A stretch of DNA of 64,000 nt from an uncultured Candidatus Saccharibacteria bacterium (GTDB lineage: Bacteria > Patescibacteriota > Minisyncoccia > Phycocordibacterales > UBA9973). The translations under genes were made by a program, and so were the position numbers. Below are positions 17,401 through 26,579 of this stretch, piece by piece (within the stretch, counting starts at the first letter, position 1; each line of letters begins with the position of its first letter). The stretch lies in NCBI GenBank assembly GCA_964441495.1, contig CAYTXV010000004.1, positions 210 through 64,209 on the forward strand, written 5' to 3'. The notes under the pieces were generated by a model that saw only the letters and a program-made list of their open reading frames with translations, did not search any database and had not been told where the DNA came from.

Positions 17401-18291
17401 TTAGAAAAACAGTGCATGTGTGTATCCATTTGGGGTTCTAGTTTTAAATGATTCCTTGCGCTCGAGCTCAAATCCATAGTAGGGATCTTGATGCGCAATA
17501 TGGAGAAATTGCTTCTTAAAGTCGTTGTTGATACCTCCAATACTCATATAGGTAAACCCTTTTTCAAAAACTTGTCTTGCTTTCTCGTATGAGAGCTGGA
17601 GCCCGAGATTCGTGTATCCGCGGAGGCATTTATTGAACGCACTAATACATCCAGTAGCGGTCACACCTACTCCTATCGAATACCCGACAAGTTTTTCTCC
17701 GTCATACACAGCGATTCCAAAATATTGATCAAGTGTATACTCATTAAAAAATCTTGCGTCATTGTGCGTACGATCTGCTGCAAACGGTCTATCTGCACGA
17801 TCTTTGAGCCACTGTTCCCAAAATGCAGGTAGTTTTTCCAACGCTTCCTTGTCAAAATCTTTGAACATAAGATTTGCATTGCGTCTTACTGCTTGTCGAT
17901 AATGCTTTCGAATATTTTTGTCTTCGAGGTGTACATATTTAGATAGATCAACAATGACATCAACTCCTTCAATTTGGTTTTCTTTACGAGGATCCATAAA
18001 GAGCTCATTGTACGCAATAAATGGTGGATCAAATTTTTTCTTCAAGAAATCAACTACTTCTTCAGGAAATATTTCAAACAGTAATCTAATCTCATTATTC
18101 CCAAATTCCCGATCAATTTTGCGCACGACTATATAATCATTTTCTTGATACGAAACACACCACAAATCAAAACCGCGATTGTTGAAAAACGTATGAAGCA
18201 TATGTGGGGACGCAAAGAAACTCAAAGGAAGATTTTTCTTTTGTACGATATTAGCAATTTCTTGATGAGAAGAAAGTTTTAAGAGTTCCAT
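17401..18291 (-). CDS. DUF2156-like / tandem-GNAT putative aminoacyl-tRNA-dependent transferase
   Basis: About 300 aa, with architecture parallel to the clear DUF2156 protein at 26580..27509 (DKNIRKHYRQAVRR; YDGEKLVGYSIG; GINNDFKKQF). By-eye call. Confidence 0.45.
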   Translation of the reverse strand: MELLKLSSHQEIANIVQKKNLPLSFFASPHMLHTFFNNRGFDLWCVSYQENDYIVVRKIDREFGNNEIRLLFEIFPEEVVDFLKKKFDPPFIAYNELFMDPRKENQIEGVDVIVDLSKYVHLEDKNIRKHYRQAVRRNANLMFKDFDKEALEKLPAFWEQWLKDRADRPFAADRTHNDARFFNEYTLDQYFGIAVYDGEKLVGYSIGVGVTATGCISAFNKCLRGYTNLGLQLSYEKARQVFEKGFTYMSIGGINNDFKKQFLHIAHQDPYYGFELERKESFKTRTPNGYTHALFF

Positions 18292-18292
18292 A

Positions 18293-18916
18293 TTATTTTT
18301 TTATTGCGATTACTTTTATGTAATGCCAATGCTTAGTTTCATTTGTACCCTGCACAACAGAATACGCAAAATTGGCATCTTTTTCTGTTTCTTTTAGCAT
18401 TTTTATATCAAATCCTTTGAGCAGGTCTTCTATCTGTTCTTTTGTTAAGAAGGTTTTATTAGATTCTGGTTTGTTCCATTCATCGCTAGTTCCCAAAAAA
18501 TCCCCACAAAAAACTCCCCCTGATCTAAGAGATTTTCTTATATTTTCCATAACGGAATCGAATCGTTCTTTTGGAAGATGAAATAAAATACTCTGTGCAT
18601 TAACTAGTACAAAATGATTCTCTGGAAACGTGTACCCGCCAATCTTATCTTGAATCATTGTAAGCGAGGCATTATTTAGTTTGCTCGCATACTCGATAGA
18701 GGTAGGCGATGGATCGACAGCTGTTACCTCAAATCCGTTCTCTAGGAGAAATTTGGTATCTCTTAAATTACCAGCACCAATATCAAGCGCTTCACCCTTT
18801 TCTTTACAAAGCTTTGTTACGGCTATTTCTAAAGAACGTGAATGTTTATCACCTGCAATTTGCTCATAATACGGCTCCCAATCAAAATCGTCTTTATTTT
18901 CAAAAGGTTTTTCCAT
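18293..18916 (-). CDS. class I SAM-dependent methyltransferase (TehB-like)
   Basis: SAM motif I ALDIGAGNLRDTKFLLENGFEVTAVDPSP and post-I/II motifs. Its start is 2 nt after the trpS stop. Confidence 0.8.
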   Translation of the reverse strand: MEKPFENKDDFDWEPYYEQIAGDKHSRSLEIAVTKLCKEKGEALDIGAGNLRDTKFLLENGFEVTAVDPSPTSIEYASKLNNASLTMIQDKIGGYTFPENHFVLVNAQSILFHLPKERFDSVMENIRKSLRSGGVFCGDFLGTSDEWNKPESNKTFLTKEQIEDLLKGFDIKMLKETEKDANFAYSVVQGTNETKHWHYIKVIAIKK

Positions 18917-18918
18917 AC

Positions 18919-19899
18919 CTACTCCACTAGCCCCACCGCCTCGTACACATCCGTCAGCTTTTTCATCGCAACGTCATTTGCTTTCATGGCGCCTTGGAGG
19001 AGGATTTCTTCGACGAGCTTTGGGTTGTCCTCGTACTGTTTGCGGCGTGCGCGCATGGGCGTGACGAAGGAGATGATGTCCGCTATGAGCATTTTCTTGG
19101 CATCGCCATAGCCGAGGCCTTGGCGGTACTGTGCTCGTAGCTCTGGTGAATCGTTGAACAGTTTGTGGATCTGGTACAAGATCAAATCATCGGGATTCTT
19201 TTCTTCGTCAGGGCGACGTGAATCTGTCGGGATAGACATGACCGCCTTGGTGATTTCTTCGTCAGTGCCGAACAGTGGGATCGTGTTGTTGTAGCTCTTG
19301 GACATCTTTTGCCCGTCGGTGCCCGGGACTACTGCGACTGCCTCAACAACAAGCTCGTTGGGAAGTTTGAACAGCTCACTGTATTGATGGTTAAATTTGC
19401 CCGCGATATCACGCGCGTATTCGATGTGTTGCTTTTGATCTTTGCCTACAGGGACGACATCTGCGTCGTAGAGCAATATGTCAGATGCCATGAGTACTGG
19501 ATAGGTGAACAACCCCATCGATGGTTCGATGTTTTTGGCAACAGCGTCTTTGTATGCGTGCGCGCGCATCATAAACGGTACGGTCACGAGCGTATCAAAT
19601 ATCCAGGTCAGTTGTGTATGCGCAGGAACTGCAGATTGTTTGAACAGCACCACCTTTGCAGGATCGAGTCCGATCGCCAGGTAATCAAGCACGAGTTCGT
19701 GCGTAAATGTGCGCATAGTAGCTGCATCAGAGACACTGTTGAGTGCATGAAGGTCCGCGATAAAGATGTAGGACTCGTACAAATCTTGGAGATCCACAAG
19801 TTGTTTCATTGCTCCAAAGTAGTTGCCGATATGGGGCCGACCAGTTGGCTTGACGCCTGAGACAAGACGCTTCTTGGTAGTAGAAGTTGTGGAAGACAT
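18919..19899 (-). CDS. trpS: tryptophanyl-tRNA synthetase
   Basis: SGVKPTGRPHIGNYFGA (HIGH region) and KMSKS. Start trimmed to MSSTTS (19899); the track ORF starts at 20022. Confidence 0.93.
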   Translation of the reverse strand: MSSTTSTTKKRLVSGVKPTGRPHIGNYFGAMKQLVDLQDLYESYIFIADLHALNSVSDAATMRTFTHELVLDYLAIGLDPAKVVLFKQSAVPAHTQLTWIFDTLVTVPFMMRAHAYKDAVAKNIEPSMGLFTYPVLMASDILLYDADVVPVGKDQKQHIEYARDIAGKFNHQYSELFKLPNELVVEAVAVVPGTDGQKMSKSYNNTIPLFGTDEEITKAVMSIPTDSRRPDEEKNPDDLILYQIHKLFNDSPELRAQYRQGLGYGDAKKMLIADIISFVTPMRARRKQYEDNPKLVEEILLQGAMKANDVAMKKLTDVYEAVGLVE

Positions 19900-19982
19900 G
19901 GGGATATGATACCAAAAATAAGGCTCAAATGTCACGTTTGTGTGCATTTCGTCCGCACGTGCCGGAGTGCTACAATGACTCC

Positions 19983-21368
19983 ATGCAAAAGACTCCAAGT
20001 CTCGCCAACCTCCGTGTCCCACCGCACAACCTCGAAAGTGAGCAGGCAGTGCTCGGCGCGCTCATGCTCCGCCCTGCGGCGATACACGAGATAGTCGACC
20101 TCATCACTGCGGATATGTTCTATGCCAAAAAGCATGCGATTATCTTCAAGATGATCATGGAGCTCTCGATGAAAAACGAACCTATCGATGTCCTCTCTAT
20201 CTCAAACGCACTCAAAGAAAAGAAACAGCTCGCAGATGTCGGTGGCAACACATACCTCAACGAGCTCATGGGCAATGTCCCTTCTACCGTCAACATCCGT
20301 CACTACGCAGACATCGTGTACAAGAAATACATCCTCCGCGCGCTCATCGATGCATCTGAGTCTATCGCGACGCTTGCGTATGAAGAAAACGACATGCCCG
20401 CAACCGAGATCCTCGACACTGCTGAGAAAAGCATTTTCCGTATCTCTTCGGGTGTCCAGACCAAAAACGCATTTGTCTCTATCAAGCAATCCCTCATCGA
20501 AACCGTCGAGCAGATCGAGCACCTGCGCGAACACAAAGATGAGCTTCGCGGTGTACCGACAGGCTTCCCTGACCTTGATAACCTGCTCGCAGGACTTCAA
20601 CGATCTGATCTCATCATCTTGGCTGCAAGGCCGAGTATGGGTAAGACGACATTTGCGCTCGATATCGCGCGCAACGTTGCACTCTCTGGTGTACCGGTAG
20701 GTATATTCTCACTTGAAATGTCAGCGCAGCAGCTCGTACAGCGTATGCTCTCAGCAGAGAGTCGTGTCGATGCGTGGAGTATCCGCACTGGACACGGACT
20801 GTCTAACCAACACTTCACTACGCTCCAAGAAGCAGCGTCTCGCCTCCAGAAGGCTCCTATCTACATCGATGATCAAGCCGGCAACTCGATCGTCAAGATG
20901 CGCTCTGTTGCTCGTCGACTCAAGGCCGAGCACGGACTCGGACTCATCGTTGTCGACTACCTCCAGCTCATGCAGACAAGCAAAAACTATGACTCTATGG
21001 TCAACCAGGTGACCGAAATCTCTCGCTCACTCAAACAGCTTGCGCGTGAGCTCGATGTCCCCGTCCTTGCGCTCTCACAGCTCTCTCGTGCAGTTGAATC
21101 TCGTGGTGGCAAACCTCGTCTCTCGGACCTACGTGACTCGGGATCTATCGAGCAAGATGCGGACCTCGTGATATTTATCCATCGTGATGATCGCTACAAA
21201 GATGAAAAGGATGGTATCGCAGATATCCTCGTTGAGAAGCATCGTAACGGTGCGGTTGGTTCAGTCCAGCTCCTCTTTGATGGCAAGACCACATCGTTCC
21301 TCTCGATAGACAAAGCACACGCTGGTATGGAGCAACCTTCCAAAAAGGTCTCATTTGACGACTTCTAA
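19983..21368 (+). CDS. dnaB: replicative DNA helicase
   Basis: PHNLESEQAVLGALML N-terminus, Walker A ARPSMGKTTFAL, and the LSQLSR / DLRDSGSIEQDAD motifs. Start trimmed to ATG 19983. Confidence 0.95.
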   Translation: MQKTPSLANLRVPPHNLESEQAVLGALMLRPAAIHEIVDLITADMFYAKKHAIIFKMIMELSMKNEPIDVLSISNALKEKKQLADVGGNTYLNELMGNVPSTVNIRHYADIVYKKYILRALIDASESIATLAYEENDMPATEILDTAEKSIFRISSGVQTKNAFVSIKQSLIETVEQIEHLREHKDELRGVPTGFPDLDNLLAGLQRSDLIILAARPSMGKTTFALDIARNVALSGVPVGIFSLEMSAQQLVQRMLSAESRVDAWSIRTGHGLSNQHFTTLQEAASRLQKAPIYIDDQAGNSIVKMRSVARRLKAEHGLGLIVVDYLQLMQTSKNYDSMVNQVTEISRSLKQLARELDVPVLALSQLSRAVESRGGKPRLSDLRDSGSIEQDADLVIFIHRDDRYKDEKDGIADILVEKHRNGAVGSVQLLFDGKTTSFLSIDKAHAGMEQPSKKVSFDDF

Positions 21369-21370
21369 CG

Positions 21371-21982
21371 ATGCAACACGAACTCGAGCGCCTCGCGCAA
21401 CTATTTCTCAAGTTCCCCGGTATCGGCCGCAGACAAGCTGCTCGGTTTGCATACTTTGTCCTCACGCAGCAACCAGGCTATGTCGAAAGCCTCGCCAAGG
21501 CACTCGTTGACGCACGTGCACGTGCACACACCTGTACGCGGTGTATGCGGATATTTGACCTGCCTGCGCAGGCAGGAGGGACTGAGGCGCTCTGTGAGAT
21601 CTGTGGCAACAGTGCGCGTGAGCAGTCACAGCTCCTTGTTGTTGAGAAAAGTCAGGATATCGATGCATTTGCGCAGACTGACTACCACGGACTCTTCTTT
21701 GTCCTCGGCGGACTCATCCCAATCGTCCAAAAGGACGTGCTCCTGGGTACCAACCTCGCACTTCTCAAGGAGCGCATCGCCAAGGAGAGCACCAAGCCAT
21801 ATGAGGTGATCCTTGCCTTCCCCCTTACCCCCAACGGAGATCATACTGACACCGTTGTCCGTGAGGCACTTGCTTCCTACGATGTGCAGCTATCGAGCCT
21901 TGGTCGCGGACTCTCGACTGGTACTGAGCTCGAATACGCCGATGCGCAGTCGCTCAATGCATCACTCAAGAAGCGAGAATAA
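21371..21982 (+). CDS. recR: recombination protein RecR
   Basis: HhH region LFLKFPGIGRRQAARFAY, Cys4 finger CTRC...CEIC, and a Toprim domain. Confidence 0.93.
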   Translation: MQHELERLAQLFLKFPGIGRRQAARFAYFVLTQQPGYVESLAKALVDARARAHTCTRCMRIFDLPAQAGGTEALCEICGNSAREQSQLLVVEKSQDIDAFAQTDYHGLFFVLGGLIPIVQKDVLLGTNLALLKERIAKESTKPYEVILAFPLTPNGDHTDTVVREALASYDVQLSSLGRGLSTGTELEYADAQSLNASLKKRE

Positions 21983-22014
21983 AAAATCTCTCATCGATAT
22001 GAGAGATTTTTATT
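21981..22014. terminator. bidirectional intrinsic terminator
   Basis: AAAAAATCTCTCAT-CGAT-ATGAGAGATTTTTAT lies between the convergent recR and rplU. Confidence 0.8.
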
Positions 22015-22390
22015 TGATCGCAGTGATTGTTACTTTGAAGTATGGTTGGCGGTGGCCGTTTTTCTTGAGGTAGCGAGACTTTTGCTTGTATTTGAGAACA
22101 GTCACTTTTGCAGCGCGGCCGATAGTCGTGACCTCGCCTGAAACTGTTGCGCCACTGATGTATGGAGTGCCGATAGTCGTTTCTGCGCCGGTTTCCTTGA
22201 GGAGTACCTTGTCAAAGGTAACACTGTCACCCTTTTTGTGCTCACCAGCGAGCTTTTCGATAGTGATGGTTTGTCCGACAGCAACCTGGTACTGCTTGCC
22301 ACCAGTTGCGATCACTGCAAACTCGCCTGCCTGTGCAGGAGCTGCTTTTTTGGTGGTCTTTTTTGCGACTGTTTTCTTTGCGGTTGCCAT
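22010..22390 (-). CDS. rplU: 50S ribosomal protein L21 with K/A-rich N-terminal extension
   Basis: FAVIATGGKQYQV...KVTVLKYKQKSRYLKKNGHRQPYFKVTI, preceded by MATAKKTVAKKTTKKAAPAQAGE. Confidence 0.93.
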   Translation of the reverse strand: MATAKKTVAKKTTKKAAPAQAGEFAVIATGGKQYQVAVGQTITIEKLAGEHKKGDSVTFDKVLLKETGAETTIGTPYISGATVSGEVTTIGRAAKVTVLKYKQKSRYLKKNGHRQPYFKVTITAIK

Positions 22391-22453
22391 AAGCTCTATA
22401 GGGGTACAGTATACCTATTTTAGGTGGATTTGCAAGTGTGGTACACTGAGGGC

Positions 22454-23365
22454 ATGATTTCTCGATATAGCGCCCATGGACTGACCTGGGTAGACCTCGA
22501 AAACCCTACCTCCGAAGAGATTGTGCACGTCACCGAGACGTACCACGTGCCAGCACTCCTTGCGCAGGAGCTTGCAACCAGTACGCTCCACTCCAAAGTA
22601 GATTTTTATGAAAACTTCATCTACCTCGTCTTTCACTTCCCCCCATCTGCACACAACGACACCCAGAGCACTGACCAGGAGATAGACATCATCGTCGGCA
22701 AAAACGTTCTCATCACTGCCCACTACGAAAAGATCCATTCGATACAAAAGATAGCTTCAGGATTTGAGACGAGCTTCATCCAGCGCGCTCGACATGAGCA
22801 CGCAGGCTTTTGGTTTATCGAGCTTGTCACAGAACTCTATCGCCATAGCTTGCACAAGCTCGACGAGACGACTGTTGCGCTCGATACGTTTGAGATCAAA
22901 CTGTTCAAAGGTGCCGAAGAAGAGATGGTTCGCTCGCTCTCACTCATCGGACGCAAGCTGCTCGACTTCAAGCGCGCATTTCGTTTCCACCCAGACATCT
23001 TGCGCTCGTATCGATCGGCGAGCGAGAAGCTCTTTGGGGCTGACTACCTGTACTACACAGATATGCTGACGTCAGAGTTTACAAAGGTGCAGTCTATACT
23101 CCAGAGTAACCGTGAGACACTTGCTGAGCTCCAAAAGACTAACGACTCCCTCCTTTCTACCAAACAAAATACGATTATGAAAAAGTTCACAATTTTGTCA
23201 TTTGTCGGACTCCCACTCATGCTTGTGACAGGGATATTTGGGATGAACACTTCTGATAACCTCCTCTTTATCCAAACCCAACAAGACTTTTTTGCAGTGA
23301 TCGGTGCGATGGCGCTTTCTTCGCTTGTGATGTTCGTCTTTTTCAAGTTCAATAAATGGCTATGA
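22454..23365 (+). CDS. corA: CorA-family Mg2+/Co2+ transporter
   Basis: GMN signature (GIFGMNT) followed by a C-terminal TM pair. Start uncertain: ATG 22454 chosen, versus GTG 22424 in the ORF track. Confidence 0.88.
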   Translation: MISRYSAHGLTWVDLENPTSEEIVHVTETYHVPALLAQELATSTLHSKVDFYENFIYLVFHFPPSAHNDTQSTDQEIDIIVGKNVLITAHYEKIHSIQKIASGFETSFIQRARHEHAGFWFIELVTELYRHSLHKLDETTVALDTFEIKLFKGAEEEMVRSLSLIGRKLLDFKRAFRFHPDILRSYRSASEKLFGADYLYYTDMLTSEFTKVQSILQSNRETLAELQKTNDSLLSTKQNTIMKKFTILSFVGLPLMLVTGIFGMNTSDNLLFIQTQQDFFAVIGAMALSSLVMFVFFKFNKWL

Positions 23366-24732
23366 GGATCTATAACAGTGCATCTCGCTCAGTTGAAGCA
23401 TTTGTACCTGGTACTCCAGGGGTTGTGACGATGTACGCGTGTGGTCCCACTGTCTATGACAAAACGCATATCGGGCACCTGCGCAAATACATCACAGATG
23501 ACCTATTGCGCCGCACGCTTACCTATCTCGGGTACGAAGTAACGCATGTGATGAACATCACCGATGTCGGACACCTCACAGATGATGCCGATACTGGAGA
23601 TGACAAGTTTGAAAAGAAAGCACTCCTCGAAGGTAAAAGTGTCTGGGATATCGCCGAGTACTATACCGACTATTTCCATGAAAGCATGCGCGCAGTCAAT
23701 GTACTTGCTCCAACTATCGAAGCAAAGGCAACAGATCATATCGATGAGATGATCGAACTCGTCCAGAAGCTTATAGACAAAGGCTTCGCATACGAGACTG
23801 ATACCGCGGTGTATTTTGCTGTTACGCGAGATCCGGACTATGGATCTCTCTCTGGGCAGAAACTCGCTGACAAGATAACAGCAGCGCGCAGTGATGTCGT
23901 GACTGACCCTGACAAAGAACACCCTGCTGATTTTGCACTCTGGTTCAAACGTGTTGGGCGTTTCGCGCAGCACAGCATGTACTGGCACAGTCCATGGGGC
24001 GACGGCTTCCCTGGATGGCACATCGAGTGTAGTGCGATGAGTATGCACTATCTCGGCGAGACGATCGATATCCACACTGGCGGTATCGACCACATCCCTG
24101 TCCACCACGAGAACGAGATAGCGCAGAGCCAGTGTGCAACAGGCGCGCCGTTTGTCCGATACTGGGTCCACTATGACTTCCTCACTGTTGATGGCGAAAA
24201 GATGTCCAAAAGCAAAGAGAATTTTTATACTGTCCAAGACATCCGTCAGCAACGGATCGACCCGCTCGCAGTCAGACTGTTTGTCATGTCGGCAAGCTAT
24301 CGCAAACCGCTCAACTTCACCTGGCAAGCGCTCGAGAGTGCGCACACCGGACTCCTCAAGCTCAAACGCTTCGTCGCGCGTCACCGTGCGCTCGGGGCTA
24401 TACTTCCCGACTACCAGCGTAGCTTCGCTGATGCGATGAGCGACGACATGAACACCGCTCGCGCACTTGCTGTCCTTTGGGAGCTTATGAACGATAGTGC
24501 TGTGAGCGACAGTGACCGCAGATCGACACTCCTTGCTATGGATCAGGTGCTAGGCCTGGGACTTGCAGAGGTGCCTGAGTTTGTGATCCAGCCAGAGATC
24601 CGAGAGCTGATTGAGATACGAGACAAAGCCCGCGCTGACAAAGACTATACACTCTCAGACGAGATCCGAAGCAAACTTGAGTCACTCGGCTACGAAGTCC
24701 TCGATACACCAGAGGGTACACAGATCCAGTAA
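23356..24732 (+). CDS. cysS: cysteinyl-tRNA synthetase
   Basis: CGPTVYDKTHIGHLRKY (HIGH) and KMSKS. Confidence 0.95.
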   Translation: MAMRIYNSASRSVEAFVPGTPGVVTMYACGPTVYDKTHIGHLRKYITDDLLRRTLTYLGYEVTHVMNITDVGHLTDDADTGDDKFEKKALLEGKSVWDIAEYYTDYFHESMRAVNVLAPTIEAKATDHIDEMIELVQKLIDKGFAYETDTAVYFAVTRDPDYGSLSGQKLADKITAARSDVVTDPDKEHPADFALWFKRVGRFAQHSMYWHSPWGDGFPGWHIECSAMSMHYLGETIDIHTGGIDHIPVHHENEIAQSQCATGAPFVRYWVHYDFLTVDGEKMSKSKENFYTVQDIRQQRIDPLAVRLFVMSASYRKPLNFTWQALESAHTGLLKLKRFVARHRALGAILPDYQRSFADAMSDDMNTARALAVLWELMNDSAVSDSDRRSTLLAMDQVLGLGLAEVPEFVIQPEIRELIEIRDKARADKDYTLSDEIRSKLESLGYEVLDTPEGTQIQ

Positions 24733-26427
24733 CTACATCGCTGGAAGCACCACCTTGAACGTCGATCCTTTGCCGAGACCTTCACTTTCGACGACGATAT
24801 CGCCTTTGTGTGCGAGTGCGATCTGTTTTGCGAGATAGAGCCCAAGCCCGCTTCCACCAGTATTCATCTTGCCTCCTTCACCTCGAGCAAACTTACCAAA
24901 GAGCTTTTCCTTGGTCTCAGGAGAGATACCGACACCGTTATCACTTACCGCAAATTCGATGGTATCGTCGAGGCGTTTGAGCGAGACCGTGATCGTACCT
25001 CCTGCCGGCGTGTACTTGATACTGTTGTCGGTGAGGTTGAGAAAAACCTGCTTGATCTTGGTCGCGTCGACATTTGCCACAAACTTTTGACCTTGTGGGA
25101 CATCGAGTTTGAACACGATGTTTTTGCTCTGCGCAGGGATCTGCATCTCGTTGTAGAGGCTCGTGACAAGCGGCGCGATATCGTTTGGAGAGATTTCATA
25201 CTTCATACCTCCCTGCTCGATCTTGGAGACGTTGAGGAGGTCTTCGACGATACTGACGAGCCCTTGGGCTGAGGTGTAGACACGCTTGATCGGTTCAGCT
25301 ATCTTGTCATCGAGTTTACCAAACGAGCCCTCGATGAGCATCGATGAGTACCCCTTGATCGCAGTGAGGGGCGTGCGGAGCTGGTGTGATGCGAGTGAGA
25401 GGAACTCTGTTTTGAGTTTGTCGACACTCTGAAGCTTCTCGTTTGCATGCTCAAGGTTTTCGTTGGATTGTTCAAGCTGGTCGGCGAGTTCTTGAAGTTG
25501 GTTTTTTTGTTGAATCTCAGCCCGTACTGAACGTACAAGAAAGGTTGCACTGATTGAGAAAAATACAAATGTGACAACGTTGAGCGTGAGATCGATAGGG
25601 TTTGTGTTGTAAAAAAATTTTGCACCGATCAATACTGCAATCAAAAACACAAGTGCTTGAGTTCCAAAAAGCTTGATGTTGAAGGTGTGGTACTTGACAG
25701 TAAGATATCCGAGAAGGATAAAAAAGATAAGAACCCCAACTGGACCCCATAAGTTAAACTCATAGACACCAGTGAGCTCTCCATAAAAGTTTGATACAAA
25801 GAACATGCCCAGCATTGCGACTACCCCTATACTAAACAACTTGATTTGTTTTTTTGTAGCAGCAACTTTTTCTTTGTGATGCGCAATGATACTGACTAGT
25901 GCAATCAAGCCTATTACAAATGCTTCAAAAGCATAAATAACACCCCATAACTTTCCAACAACACCTTCACAGTTCAAAACATCATACGAGACAATATTAT
26001 ATTTTGTAGGAAGCAAAAGTGCTGTTGTAGTCCACACACTAATAATAAGTATTTTTCCCCAGCGAGGAAGATCTTTTTGAAACACAAAGACATACGCAAG
26101 ATAGAGTGCGCTCAAAAAGAACCCGACTTCAAACAGCGCAGTAAGTTCCCATGTAAACATGACCGCGGTGTGATAGGCGGCCGTCCACTGCAAAAGTATA
26201 TTTATCACCCACAAAAAGAAAAATCCTGATGTTGCAAAAAGAAGTTTCGATTTGAGAGACCTCTTATCTTTCCGATAAATAAAGAATCCTATACAAAGTG
26301 ACAAAAACGCGATTGGGATATACGAATAGAAAAGAAGGTTTGGGGCTGCTGAAAAATCGATAAACCCCAAAAAAAATTGATGTACTTCGCCTCCACAAAA
26401 TAATTGGTTGTACTGAGAAAACAACAT
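24733..26427 (-). CDS. membrane sensor histidine kinase (polytopic N-terminal domain), orphan
   Basis: About 8 N-terminal TM helices, a coiled coil, H-box SHQLRTPLTAIKGY, and HATPase motifs DNGVGI and GGSGLGLYLAKQI. No adjacent response regulator. Confidence 0.9.
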   Translation of the reverse strand: MLFSQYNQLFCGGEVHQFFLGFIDFSAAPNLLFYSYIPIAFLSLCIGFFIYRKDKRSLKSKLLFATSGFFFLWVINILLQWTAAYHTAVMFTWELTALFEVGFFLSALYLAYVFVFQKDLPRWGKILIISVWTTTALLLPTKYNIVSYDVLNCEGVVGKLWGVIYAFEAFVIGLIALVSIIAHHKEKVAATKKQIKLFSIGVVAMLGMFFVSNFYGELTGVYEFNLWGPVGVLIFFILLGYLTVKYHTFNIKLFGTQALVFLIAVLIGAKFFYNTNPIDLTLNVVTFVFFSISATFLVRSVRAEIQQKNQLQELADQLEQSNENLEHANEKLQSVDKLKTEFLSLASHQLRTPLTAIKGYSSMLIEGSFGKLDDKIAEPIKRVYTSAQGLVSIVEDLLNVSKIEQGGMKYEISPNDIAPLVTSLYNEMQIPAQSKNIVFKLDVPQGQKFVANVDATKIKQVFLNLTDNSIKYTPAGGTITVSLKRLDDTIEFAVSDNGVGISPETKEKLFGKFARGEGGKMNTGGSGLGLYLAKQIALAHKGDIVVESEGLGKGSTFKVVLPAM

Positions 26428-26430
26428 ACG

Positions 26431-26556
26431 TTATTGTTGAGTAGATTCTTCTGTATTGATAATACTAAAATCTTTTTGCACGACAGTTTTGTAGTACGTA
26501 AGTACTATACTTACGAGCACAATAGCACATATGAAGAATTTGATTACAGGCTTCAC
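26431..26556 (-). CDS. possible 41-aa single-TM micro-protein (GTG start) abutting the kinase gene
   Basis: Hand translation gives (M)KPVIKFFICAIVLVSIVLTYYKTVVQKDFSIINTEESTQQ*. The stop is 3 nt before kinase ATG 26427. No SD and a non-ATG start. Confidence 0.25.
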   Translation of the reverse strand: MKPVIKFFICAIVLVSIVLTYYKTVVQKDFSIINTEESTQQ

Positions 26557-26579
26557 GGTGTGTTTAGTATATCGCAGAT

